A stretch of 63,843 bases of DNA, the filler included, from Octopus bimaculoides (Eukaryota), in assembly GCF_001194135.2 (NCBI RefSeq). It is 6 parts of 6 records of this genome, joined end to end, with 100 filler letters (N's around TTAATTAATTAA, not from the genome) between each part and the next. Parts side by side here need not be neighbours in the genome. Positions count along the whole stretch, not along the records: positions 32,676 to 53,444 come from NC_068996.1; 5 more parts are not named here. One strand, written 5' to 3'. Below the pieces are notes generated by a model. The model was not told the origin of the DNA and ran no database searches. It saw nothing but the letters and a program-made list of their open reading frames with translations. The position numbers and the translations under genes are program-made. The stretch's first letter is position 1. The number at the start of each line of letters is the position of its first letter. This document shows positions 36,919-50,099 of the stretch, in pieces.

Positions 36919-37680
36919 CTGATATAAGAGAAATATGTATAGTATTCAATGACTTTTTGTATAGCTACACGACTGAATTAGAATTCAGCATACGCAATTG
37001 AGATAGTATTTTATTAAAATAGTCATATATGTATTATACTCAATGTATATACATACAATCGATAGGTCAGTTACTGCTGCTTTTGTCCTAAGATAGCATC
37101 GCTATCAGAGAGGGAGAGTGGGCGGAGGACGGAATTTAACCAACAATAGCCAGCGAGAGCGCTAGGGTCATTTTTGCCAATAGCGCTTTCTTGCAGACAG
37201 CGACATGTCGTCGCTGAAGACACCGCTACTGCAATAATTCATCCAACTTGCCTAAAATCAACCATCAGTGTGTTTTTTCATATTTTGTCCATCAAATATG
37301 CTGTTTTTAGCGTCAAGAAGCTTCATCCATAGCATAACTTACATTAAATATTTGTTAATGGTTGTCAATCTTAAGACTGGTTACTTTGAGCAAGCCATAA
37401 TTTTGCAGTTTCTGCATGACCATTGTCAAAACTCTGGTCTCAATAACAATGAGAGTCACGATGAACTTGGCATCACTGAAATTAATGACAAATCGACGGC
37501 TAATTTTCCTCCAAATTTTAATCTATTAGTTGATCAAAGTCCACATGCTTTCAGTTGAAGTGCATAGAGATTTCGCAGTATTTAAAGTGATTGTAAAATG
37601 ATTGTTTCTTTCTTTGTTGTCTTACAGAGACCATCATTTTGTAACTGACATCGCTTCAAGAATGCTTTCAATGCCTATAG

Positions 37681-38070
37681 CGTTGTTGTTGTTGGCACTC
37701 CGTCGCTTACGACGTCGAGGGTTCCAGTCGATCCGATGAACGGAACAGCCTGCTCGTGAAATTAACGTGCAAGTGGCTGAGCACTCCACAGACACGTGTA
37801 CCCTTAACGTAGTTCTCGGGGATATTCAGTGTGACAAAGTGTGACAAGGCTGACCCTTTGAATTACAGGCACAACAGAAACAGGAAGTAAGAGTGAGAGA
37901 AAGTTGTGGTGAAAGAGTACAGCATGGTTCACCTCCATCTCCTACCGGAGCCTCGTGGAGCTCTTAGGTGTTTTCGCCCAATAAACACTAACAACGCCCG
38001 GTCTGAGAATCGAAACCGCGATCCTATGACCGTGAATCCGCTGCCCTTATCACTGGGCCATTGCGCCTCC
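37681..38070 (-). mobile_element. Family D-related SINE, near full length, (CAA)n tail
   Basis: Reverse complement has an AGTGATAAGGGCAGCGGATTCACGGTCATAGGATCGCGGTTTCGATTCTC head; 3' domain shared with 10930-11104. Confidence 0.8.
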
Positions 38071-38423
38071 ACAATGCCTAAACAATAAACGTGACAATCC
38101 ACTGTTCAATGACTGATTCAATAAGTTTGGTCCTCTGGTTTCTTATAAGAGAATCCTTAAGCAGATGCATCCCTGTTGGCTGAGAATAAATGCTTCCGAA
38201 ATGATGACATTAGGTTTGCTACTTTCATCAGGAACAACGTTCTCCCTATTTAAGTTCTTTTTTTTTTTTTTTCAAATGGAATCTGAAGGAACTTGGTAAT
38301 AAAGCAGTATTTGAACAAATGTTTCGTTGTAGGAAAAAAGGCAAACAATGTCCTCGAATAGTATCATGCTATGACAAAAGCTTGCTGCATTGCATTTGTA
38401 ACACAGTATTGACATACATGCAA

Positions 38424-38640
38424 GGCGGCGGGCTAGCAGAAACGTTAGCACGCCGGGAGAAATGCTTAATGGTATTTCGTCTGCCGCAACGTTCTGCGTT
38501 CAATATCCGCCGAGGTCGACGTTGCCTTTCGTCCTTTCGGGGTCGATAAATTAAGTACCAGTTGCGTACCAGGCTCGATCTAATCGACTGGCTCCTTCCC
38601 CCAAAATTTCAGGCCTTGTGCCTAGAGTAGAAAAGAATAT
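38424..38640 (+). mobile_element. Young family B SINE
   Basis: GGCGGCGGGCTAGCAGAAACGTTAGCACGCCGGG...GCCTTTCGTCCTTTCGGGGTCGATAAATTAAGTACCAG. The central block resembles the MetaSINE domain as I recall it. Other copies near 26478, 35372, 40466, 40666 and 44115. Confidence 0.85.
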
Positions 38641-39052
38641 TGACATATATGAGCATTGATGTACGCAACATGCATATGCACACATAAATGAAAGAATATA
38701 GACATATCAGTACAATTTTTCTCTCATTTCTGGCTCATTTTATCTCTCTCTTCCTTTCATTCTCTCTCTCTCTCTCATTTTCTCTTTCTGTAAGGTTACC
38801 AATAATTCAGCGAAGCCTGAATTCGTACACATACACCCACATAATCAAACATATATATATACACAATCTGTCTGTCTATCGGTTGTCTGTCTATCTGTCT
38901 CTCTCTCTCTCTTTCACGTACACACTTACTCACACACAATCACAAACATTTAATCAACCTTAGAAACGGATAGTAAGAATGTTTCTATATATGTAAAGAC
39001 ACCTAATTATAGGTAAGTGTCACATATATTGCATATTAAGCAAGATAAAACT

Positions 39053-39486
39053 AATCTTTCCTGCTCTAGGCATGAGGCCTGAAATTGTGGGGGAGGAGAC
39101 CAGTCGATTAGATCTACCGCAGTACGCATTTGATAGTTAATTTATCGACCCTGAAAGGATGAAAGGCAAAATCGACCTCGGCGGAATTTGAACTCAGAAC
39201 GTAAAGACAGACGAAATACCGCTAAGCATTTCACCCGGCGTGCTAATGTTTCTTATTTCTTTACTGCCCACAAGGGGCTACACACACAGAAGGGACAAAC
39301 AAAGACAGACAAATAGATTAAGTCGATTGTACCGACCCCAGTGCGTAACTGGTACTTATTTAATCGACCCCGAAAGGATGAAAGTCAAAGTGGACCTCGG
39401 CGGAATTTGAACTCAGAAGGTAGCGGCAGACGAAATACCGCTAAGCATCTCGTCCGGCGTGCTAACGTTTCTGCCAGCTCGCCGCC
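39053..39486 (-). mobile_element. Head-to-tail dimer of two family B subfamilies
   Basis: Full copy at 39254-39486 with tail ...CCCCTTGTGGGCAGTAAAGAAATA, fused to a copy at 39053-39253 that lacks its first ~13 nt and has the CCTAGAG-type tail. Confidence 0.85.
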
Positions 39487-40885
39487 TTGCAAAATGAAAC
39501 AAATCCAAAGATTTAAAACTAAAATGGAATGGATCAGTTTCCAAAATATATCAGTTGTACAATGGATGTTGTGAAATATCTCCATTATATACATTGTTAA
39601 AAAGAAACCTATCTACACAGAAGAGTAATTTCTAATACATTTTTAACCTAACACAAAGTCAATGATATGAATATGAACATCATTACATATACATATGTAT
39701 ATATGCACTTACGTATGTATACATAGACATCTATAAATGTAGAAATTCCTAATTGGTGTTCTGGGAGGCACCCCGTTACGTTTTGTTAAAGCGTGTCTCT
39801 AGGACAGGGCAATTCTCATATAAAACCAGATATGCAGGGAATGGTTTTGAACATTTTGGGGATCTTTTGTTTGTGCTTCAGATCATTGATCCTAAAATTA
39901 CAGCTTGTGCAGTGGTCGTTGATTCTTTTATCTGATTCTCGGTTGAGTAGGAGGACGTCACCGCAAGCCAGGTAGCTCATTCCATTTTTATTTTTATATT
40001 ATAAACTGTGGTTGTTGTTCCTACTGACAAAACTCTATTGCTAAATTAAGTTATAAGAATAAAACGTTAACTTCAGGTTGCATTTGATATCAATTTATAT
40101 TATAAATATAACAGTTTATCACGGGTTACCTAATGTATTAAAACGGTAGAATGTTACGAAGCATATATAGAAATTATGTTTGGCATGTCCGGTAACATCA
40201 AAGTGGCTACCTCACTGACTCAATCATGAGTAAAACCGCAATTTGTTGTGATCTAGACTCACATCGTGAACCATAAAAGTAATCTGCTCAGGATAAGATG
40301 CGTGACTCACCTTCAAACATCACCCAATTATGCACCCAGCCACTTTGCTCAGTTTGGCTACAACAATTAATCTATTATTATACATAGGCTTTATTAACTT
40401 TTCTTTTAATTTCCACGAAATTTATATGCCACGAAGTTAGAATTAGTAATATATTGCGAGAAATAAGGCAGCTAGCAGGCAGAATCGTTACCGAACCGCC
40501 AAAATGCTTAGCGACATTCCATCCGTCTTTACGTCACGGGTTTAAATGCCACCGAGGTCGACTTTGTCTTTCATCCTTTCGGGGTCGTGAACACTGGGGT
40601 CGATGTAATTACCCCGAAATTGCAGGCATTGTGTCAAAACTTGAAGCCAATATATAGGAGAAATAAGGCGGTGAGCTGGCAGAATCGTTAGCATGGTGGG
40701 AAAATGCTTAGTGGCATTTCATCTATTTTTTTACATTTTGCATTCAAATTCCGCAGAGGTTGACTCTGGCTTTCATCTCTTTCGGAGTCGATAAAATGAG
40801 GCCCAGTCGATATAATCGATTAACCTCACTTCCAGTTCTGATCCCATCCGATGATGAGGTGCGAAAATTTGAAACCAGTATTTCT

Positions 40886-40922
<37 letters not shown>

Positions 40923-41900
40923 CACGCACGCAAGTATGATACATGCATAAAGGAAAGAAACACATCTGGCTGGAGTTACATATACTTACAGTACCTATGT
41001 CTGTTTCCGTGTATATGCGCAGGCTCGGTGATGTTATTATCGAAATTTCTGGTTATTAGTTACAGATTTTCAATTCGAGTTCACTACACGAAATCTCGGA
41101 CAAGTGAACAAGTGTTTACTACTTCGAACAAAGCCTTAGGTAACCCTAAGCAATTGTCAATGAAGTTTGGCAGAGCTAAACTGTCCGAGAGTTGTTCATT
41201 TGGACTGTATTTGTTGGCAAAGGATGTCAATCATTTCTAGTCGATGCTTCGACACGTGACACGTGGCGTCCTGCTACCCCAGCAGGAACACTCTCACTAC
41301 GGTTTCTTACTCTTTCTATTTCGACCAGTTTTCTAGACACTGATCATGAAATTTTCACTTCCTCCTCTAACAAAGACATATAAATTGTGTTTATAAGATT
41401 ACGCTGATTTTCATGAATATAAATACGAAGGCAATAGATGAATAGACACATATGAAACCCATAACCTGTACATATACTAAACAGACACCGTAAACAAAAT
41501 AAAAAATATAGTAGGTTATTCTATATCAAATAACAAGTTTGTTTAATACCGATCAATATCTTGTTTTTAAATTTGCTTTTCTTTTATTATTTTTCAGCCG
41601 GTGGGCAACAGCCATGTTGCAGAACAGCCGTCGAAGTTCTTTCATTATTGTTTATTTAGTCGATGAGATTTACACGCTTTCTTATTTCAATCTGGTATAT
41701 AGTCAATCTATATTAAGTAGAAACTGATGTGGCGCAGTTTCTATCTTCATTATTCTCTGTCTTCCAACTGTCAGACACACACATATATATCATCTTCATC
41801 TATATAGTCTTTTATCGTTTCAGTCATGCGGCCATGTTGGGGCACTGCCTCAAAGGATTTTATTCGTAAGAATTGACTCCCATTTATATGTGTGTGTATA

Positions 41901-41955
<55 letters not shown>

Positions 41956-42261
41956 NNNNNNNNNNNNNNNNNNNNNNNNNNNNNNNNNNNNNNNNNNNNN
42001 NNNNNNNNNNNNNNNNNNNNNNNNNNNNNNNNNNNNNNNNNNNNNNNNNNNNNNNNNNNNNNNNNNNNNNNNNNNNNNNNNNNNNNNNNNNNNNNNNNNN
42101 NNNNNNNNNNNNNNNNNNNNNNNNNNNNNNNNNNNNNNNNNNNNNNNNNNNNNNNNNNNNNNNNNNNNNNNNNNNNNNNNNNNNNNNNNNNNNNNNNNNN
42201 NNNNNNNNNNNNNNNNNNNNNNNNNNNNNNNNNNNNNNNNNNNNNNNNNNNNNNNNNNNNN

Positions 42262-43328
42262 TTCAAAGAGGTCAAATTGTTGGTGCTCGTATGGCAGGCG
42301 CAAGCGTAACGAAAACAGCCGAAATACTTCGTCTATCAAGAATTAGTGTCTCGAAAGTACCGACAGCCTTTGAGAAAGAGGGAAAAGCCTCCTCGTTGAA
42401 ACAAAATTCCGGAAGAAAACTAGAACTTTCAAATAGGGACCGTCAGACTCTTACGCGAATTGTTAGAAAAGATCACAAAAGTACAACTTCCAAAATTATT
42501 GCAGAGCTTAATGGCCACCTCGAGAACCCAGTTTCCACAAAAACTGTTCGCCGGGAGCTGCACAAAACCGAATTTCATGGGAGGACTGCAATCAGAAAAC
42601 CATTACTTTTAAAATTAACGTTGCAAAGCGTTTAGAGTGGAGTAAAAACCTACAAGATTGGTCCCTAGAGCAGTGGAGGAATGTTATTTGATCAGACGAG
42701 TCATCCTTTACCTTATTTCTGACCACCAGCCGAGGATACGTGTGGAGACAGCCAAAAGAAGCATTTGACCCAGATGGCCTTATTCCAACTGTTAAACATG
42801 GAGGAGGATCTGTGATGATTTAGGGGGCTATATTTTGGAAATCCGCCAGCCCAATGGTTTCCTTTCATGGCAGAATTAACAGTCAAAACTATTTAAACAT
42901 TTTATCTGATCAAATTCATCCTATGATTGCGGAACTGTTTCCAGGGGAAAACGCAACCTTTCAGGATGATAATGCACCAATTCACACAGCTATAGTTGTT
43001 ACTGAATGGCACGAAGAACATTTTAGTGAAGTCGAACATCTTATCTGGCCACCACAGTCCCCAAATCTTAATATTATTGAACATTTATGGTGCATTTTAG
43101 AAAAACAAGTAAGGAGTCGATATCCTCCACCATCATCACTACAAAAACTGGAGACTGTTTTAACGGAAGAATGGACAAAAATTCCTTTGGAAACAATTCT
43201 AACTTATCTCGTAGTCGATACCTCATAGAATTCAAGCTGTAATTACTGCCAAAGGCGGTCCTACCACATATTAAAATAAATTTGTTCAAAACTTTAAGTT
43301 ATTTCCACTATTTTGTCCAAACCTTGTA
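42262..43328 (+). mobile_element. Tc1-family transposon pseudogene with DD36E spacing; 5' end lies in the gap
   Basis: FQRGQIVGARMAGASVTKTA.. HTH region; *SDES (D at 42695); TVKHGGGSVMI*G; FQDDNAPIH (D at 42968) to WPPQSPNLNIIE (E at 43079) with 36 residues between; ends GGPTTY*; right TIR TTTCCACTATTTTGTCCAAACCTTG + TA. Two frameshifts and two Trp-to-stop changes. Confidence 0.92.
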
Positions 43329-46229
43329 CATAGACAATCACACGCACGCGCGCACACACAGACACATATAGACACACATGCACACACATATTGTAATTGA
43401 GACTAAAAGTTCGTTCTTGCGATTCGAGTTTCAATTTCAGTGAGAACCACAAATTCACTTATTCGTTTTTCTTTTATTCTTTTATTTGTTTCAGTCTTTT
43501 GACTGAACAATTTTTAGACAATCCATGATTATAAGACCCTGGATTCAAGGACACAGTGTGCATTGGAGCCGCCTTTATTTCAAATTGGTTGTGACTCTTT
43601 AGCCAAATCTAACTCTGGCTAAATGAATCTAAAAGTGAATGGTGGTTCTTGTTAATAGAATTCAGCAGGCTAATCTTTTGTATGATGCGTCCCGATGTCT
43701 ACCAAATCGATAATGATTTATGATGTGCATATGAACTAGCGAGTGCTTTTATTCTTTTTATTTTACGTGTACACACACACAAACAAAACACACGAAGAAA
43801 CATACCTATACTTGTATATAGTTACAAAAAAAAAATGCCTTCCAGCTACGTGTCTGTGTATGTGAATGACTATATACACACTTAGCACGCGGGCACGGGG
43901 CAGATTGTACCTGTTAAAGCAAATTACCGCTCAAAGCATTGGTGTTTAACCCGCGATAAATCTACCAGAAACCTATCTTAAAAGTACTATGAGAAACGAT
44001 GTAACGTACATCTGCTGGGTCGAAAAGCGAACTTGTTTTCCATACAGCTATGTTTGCTTGCTAACATGCAATTTGACAGACGTTGATTCTCTACTGTATC
44101 ATAATTATTAGTAAATACTGGGTAGCATTTCGTCTCATTCTTTACGTTCTGAGTTCAAATTCCGCTGAGATCAACGTTGCTTTCCCTCATTATCGGGTTG
44201 AGAAAATTAAGTAACACTCAAGTAGTGGGAGTAATGAAATCGAATAAACCACACGTCTGTCTTCATGTTTTGAGGTACTTTGTTTATCGACCCCTTTCGG
44301 CGTCGATAAATAAAGTACCTGTTGAATACTGTGGTCGATGTAATCGACGCCCTCCTCCCGCAAAATTGCTGGATTTTTGCCAAAATTTGAAATCAATTAT
44401 TAGCAAGTGAATTACTTCGCCTCAGTAGCATCAGGTATGCAAATTGGCCACACAATTAATCATATGCTACTGCGTTAAAGGAAGGACACATTGGAAATTA
44501 GATATTTTACACGTAGAATGAGTGAACACGACCAGATTGCTTCTGTTTATAGTTTGTTTTTGTTATTATTGTTCCTACTGCTGCTACTACCGCCGTTGTT
44601 GCTTCAAGTTGGCACTGAATGAGCAATTGCATAGCAGTCAACGAAAGGATGAAAGCCATTTTTTGTCTCTGCATGTGCCGAAAAAAATGTTCGCGTGAGT
44701 GAAATTTCATCCTCCTTTAGCAACAATCATTCTGAGAGCGTCTTGGCTTTATTCTTGACTATATTATTTTCGTATAAGCTGATCCTTATACGACATTTGT
44801 CGTATAAGTTTATCTTATCTTGAAGATAGCAGCATTGTATTTCAAGAAAATTTCGTTTCAGTTCCTTGCGGATCGAACGAACTTTTACAGACATCTTCAC
44901 CAGTACAATTTATTCAAAAGTCCACTCAGTTCGTAGTCAAACGTGAGAACGTTAGTTTCGATCTTTTGTCCTCTAAGTATACAACACTCCGAGGTCAACT
45001 TAGTTCGTTTAGAAAAAAAGATATTAGTATTGCTCTAGACCAGTACTTCTCAGATATTCATTACCTATTTTACTTGGGAGAACACTCCTAGGCATTCGAT
45101 GTTCAAAAAAATTACATATCTTTATAATTAAATATTATTTTCAGTTTATAGCAAAATATTTTGTGTATTGAATAAGTATAACCAATTTATTGCAGATAAA
45201 TCTTAACAAAATCTTATATGGATCCCCCAGGGCCATATGGACCCCGGTTGAGAACCGCTATGATAGAAAGTTTATACTCTTAGTATACGTCAAAGAAGGG
45301 AAGGTAAATAAAATACCAGACAGCTAAGATATGTTGTTATTGACCCTTACAATACGCTTCACAGACTTCTTTCATTAGCATGTCCAACATTTACAATCTC
45401 GATGCTTTCAATAAGATTTTTAACTGCTTTTTAGGGAGATGTTTTATAATTAGGGTCTTTCTTACCCATTATTAGCGTCTTACATACCCTATTCAATGCT
45501 TCATATATACATAATCGAAAGCAATTTTGTTCTTAATGTGTTTTCATTATGACTAATAAACTACTAGTGTAACGTATTTTTATCGTTCCATGATCAATAA
45601 TAAAATATAGCAACAGTAAATTAGCAAGTGTCGATTTATATTCCAACAATGCACACTAAAAATGGATGGAATTACAGCAGAAGACTCATCAAAATAATCG
45701 GAGCAGTCTATCACTAAGTAACAGAATATAGATATGTATCAGCCAGTGAGGTATGCAAAAAGTCACTCGAGAAAGTAGACAATTTTCGCTATTTTTACTG
45801 CATTCTATTCCACAGATTTAAAAACACAAATGCGGGAAGGCATAATAAAACAACGAATTCCGAGATACTGAATATAGAATATGAGATACTCATAGCTAGT
45901 ATGAGGATCTCATTTCGAAACTTTCCTCGGTCAGAGCCGACAACCACTGTACTTCATAGGGCAAGCCGTATCATATATAGTGTCGGTTTTATTCGCGCTC
46001 AGAATTTGGATTAAATCTTAAATGTGCATGTAGTACAGTTGATCAAACAAACGAACACTCAACGTTGATACTATTGAAGTATTCATCATATGCTTATGAT
46101 ATTCACTTGCCTTTCCAAAAGGCGTAGGTGTGTGGTGAGAAGCTTGCTTCCAAACCGCATAGCACCTTGATCGACTGTCTTCTACTATAGCCTCAGACAG
46201 ACTAAACCCTTGTGAGTTTGGACGGTCTG

Positions 46230-46294
<65 letters not shown>

Positions 46295-47483
46295 NNNNNN
46301 NNNNNNNNNNNNNNNNNNNNNNNNNNNNNNNNNNNNNNNNNNNNNNNNNNNNNNNNNNNNNNNNNNNNNNNNNNNNNNNNNNNNNNNNNNNNNNNNNNNN
46401 NNNNNNNNNNNNNNNNNNNNNNNNNNNNNNNNNNNNNNNNNNNNNNNNNNNNNNNNNNNNNNNNNNNNNNNNNNNNNNNNNNNNNNNNNNNNNNNNNNNN
46501 NNNNNNNNNNNNNNNNNNNNNNNNNNNNNNNNNNNNNNNNNNNNNNNNNNNNNNNNNNNNNNNNNNNNNNNNNNNNNNNNNNNNNNNNNNNNNNNNNNNN
46601 NNNNNNNNNNNNNNNNNNNNNNNNNNNNNNNNNNNNNNNNNNNNNNNNNNNNNNNNNNNNNNNNNNNNNNNNNNNNNNNNNNNNNNNNNNNNNNNNNNNN
46701 NNNNNNNNNNNNNNNNNNNNNNNNNNNNNNNNNNNNNNNNNNNNNNNNNNNNNNNNNNNNNNNNNNNNNNNNNNNNNNNNNNNNNNNNNNNNNNNNNNNN
46801 NNNNNNNNNNNNNNNNNNNNNNNNNNNNNNNNNNNNNNNNNNNNNNNNNNNNNNNNNNNNNNNNNNNNNNNNNNNNNNNNNNNNNNNNNNNNNNNNNNNN
46901 NNNNNNNNNNNNNNNNNNNNNNNNNNNNNNNNNNNNNNNNNNNNNNNNNNNNNNNNNNNNNNNNNNNNNNNNNNNNNNNNNNNNNNNNNNNNNNNNNNNN
47001 NNNNNNNNNNNNNNNNNNNNNNNNNNNNNNNNNNNNNNNNNNNNNNNNNNNNNNNNNNNNNNNNNNNNNNNNNNNNNNNNNNNNNNNNNNNNNNNNNNNN
47101 NNNNNNNNNNNNNNNNNNNNNNNNNNNNNNNNNNNNNNNNNNNNNNNNNNNNNNNNNNNNNNNNNNNNNNNNNNNNNNNNNNNNNNNNNNNNNNNNNNNN
47201 NNNNNNNNNNNNNNNNNNNNNNNNTTTTATTTTATAATAAATATAACAAGATTAAACAACCATTTTGCGCGTGCATAAGTTTTTACTGTCATAACAATTG
47301 CCTCTGCGTGTTACCGAGAAAGTTATAGAGAGCGAAAAAAGGCTCTTCTAAACAAACTACAATGGACTTGTTTTTAAAAAGAAATCTACAAGTCCGTCTA
47401 TGAGTGCTAGTGAATTAGTGATTACATCTACAAGTGATGGTGTGTGCAAGTCTATTGCGAGTGAAAGTGATTCAGAAAATAAC

Positions 47484-47560
<77 letters not shown>

Positions 47561-47835
47561 TAATAATATTTATTATAAATGATCTTGACATTCTTTTCAC
47601 TTTACTTAAAATAGTATTTACGTTCTACTGTTGTTTTATAGCCATTTATTTAAGAGTATTATAAATTTTATAGGTAAAATATTTTTCTGGGAGCGAATTA
47701 CTGTGTATAACACTGCCACGATGGAAAATTATTGCTCTGCTTTACAATTTTCGTTTTACGAGCCGTCTCCAGGAACAAATTAACTGGTATATAGAGACAT
47801 TATTGTGTCTCTCTCTCTCTCTGTCTCTCTCTGTC

Positions 47836-47886
<51 letters not shown>

Positions 47887-47903
47887 CGCTCTCTATTTAT
47901 CTC

Positions 47904-47966
<63 letters not shown>

Positions 47967-48231
47967 NNNNNNNNNNNNNNNNNNNNNNNNNNNNNNNNNN
48001 NNNNNNNNNNNNNNNNNNNNNNNNNNNNNNNNNNNNNNNNNNNNNNNNNNNNNNNNNNNNNNNNNNNNNNNNNNNNNNNNNNNNNNNNNNNNNNNNNNNN
48101 NNNNNNNNNNNNNNNNNNNNNNNNNNNNNNNNNNNNNNNNNNNNNNNNNNNNNNNNNNNNNNNNNNNNNNNNNNNNNNNNNNNNNNNNNNNNNNNNNNNN
48201 NNNNNNNNNNNNNNNNNNNNNNNNNNNNNNN

Positions 48232-48276
<45 letters not shown>

Positions 48277-49433
48277 AATGAATGTGTGTGTGTATGTATT
48301 TATGCATATGTGTGTGCATGTGTACGTTGGTGTTTGTGTTTATGTGTGCGTACGTTAGTGTGTCTGCGTATATGGTCTTTATTTTCTCGTCTTTCCCCTT
48401 TATTTTACCCATCTGTAAAATATTGAGCAGATTTCTCTGTCCAGCCAGCTTCCCTTAATCTGCTTATGTTTCGGACACAAAGTAGCCAATTGCTTTAAAA
48501 ATGAAGAGACTACGAAGACCAAAAACACAACCTGCATTGATCTCGGTCCCAGAGCATTTTTCTCTTTGCAAACATACATCAGATCTCGGGTCACGTATCT
48601 CTTAACCCCGCCAACAGGTCAGAGGTTACAAGTTGATTCGAGCTAATTAATTAACAATCTGCGGTTTCGCATCAGAATCATCAGACAACATCATCATACC
48701 CTGTTTATATGCCTGGTTGTCTATCTGTTTGTCAGAATATCTGTCTGTCTGTGTATGTATGCAAGCGAGTAATCATGTGAGTGCACGTATGTATGTATGT
48801 ATGTATGTATGCACGTATGTGTGATTTGCGTGTTTTTGTGCGTGTGTGTGTGCATGCGTGCGTGCGTGTTTCATCTCACAAAAATTCATATTATCTCTCA
48901 GTCTAGTTTCCTATCCATGCATTCATGTGTGTATGTGTGTGTATGTGTGTGTGTGTGTATGTATAAGCATACAACTGATATTATTAAGTATACATGTACA
49001 CATACACTACTACATACATGCATACATATCCACACATACATGCATAAATGCATACTTACAAACACACAAACACACATATATGTCAATCTATGTCCACATC
49101 CTCATTCGCTTTTTTTTTTATTTCGCTCTATTTATCAAACTATCGATCTGTTTGTGTGTCTGAACCCCCACCCACCCTCACCCACGCCCCAGCAAAAAAA
49201 AAAGAAAGCAAAACAAGAAGGAAAAAGGACATTAATAACACAACGGTCAGCATCAACATCAGCAGGCACTTTGTTAATATCTAAGTACATATACTTTAAT
49301 CTATCTCTGTCCACTAATTAATTTCCTCTAGGGTCACCCCCAAAGAATAGTAACATGAACAACAGCAGCAACAAGAACTCCAAAGAGTAACAACAATGCC
49401 AACAATGATGGTGATGTCGACGATGACGACGAT

Positions 49434-49471
<38 letters not shown>

Positions 49472-50099
49472 TGACAGTTCTGCTGCAGATGATGATAATG
49501 ATGATGGTGATGGCCCTCATCATCATCATTATTATAACTCTCCTCCTCCTCCTCATTATTATTATCATCGTAATAGATTTATTTATCACAAAGGCGGGGG
49601 CTGAGAAGACATTACATAGACATGGGTTGCCTGCCTGCAATGAAATTAAGTGATTAAAAAGAAGTTAAAATTATACTAGGCACACCACAAAATTCTATAA
49701 ATGCCCCTAAAGGAAGATTCTGGATTATCGTAACTACCAAGACTGAGCACCGTTTCTTGGATCTCAGTACGAGGTCTATGAGTGCATGATGAGAGTTAGC
49801 GCATGTACTTGAGTAATTTTAGCCTTGTTTTCGTGCACGTTTTTATTAGTTTATTGAATGGAAATAGCATTTTCCTTGCTTTTAAGCTTCCTCTCAAAGT
49901 GGAACGTGAAAAAGCTGGCAATATCTTGACTGAAGAGAATTGTATCTATCTTTAGTCCTTTCGATCACTTCAGCTATTCAAATTCTTTAACCGTGGTTAA
50001 CATACATAGCTGTGTTCTTCCCACTCAGAGATTGATTTTCACGAAAACCACGAGTCAGTAATTCCTGGTCAGTGCACGATGGTATGCAAAACAGGTTCA

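Noticed and set aside
37268-37558. 96-aa ORF as a gene
   Set aside because: No recognisable domain, weak splice context, and a length attainable by chance.
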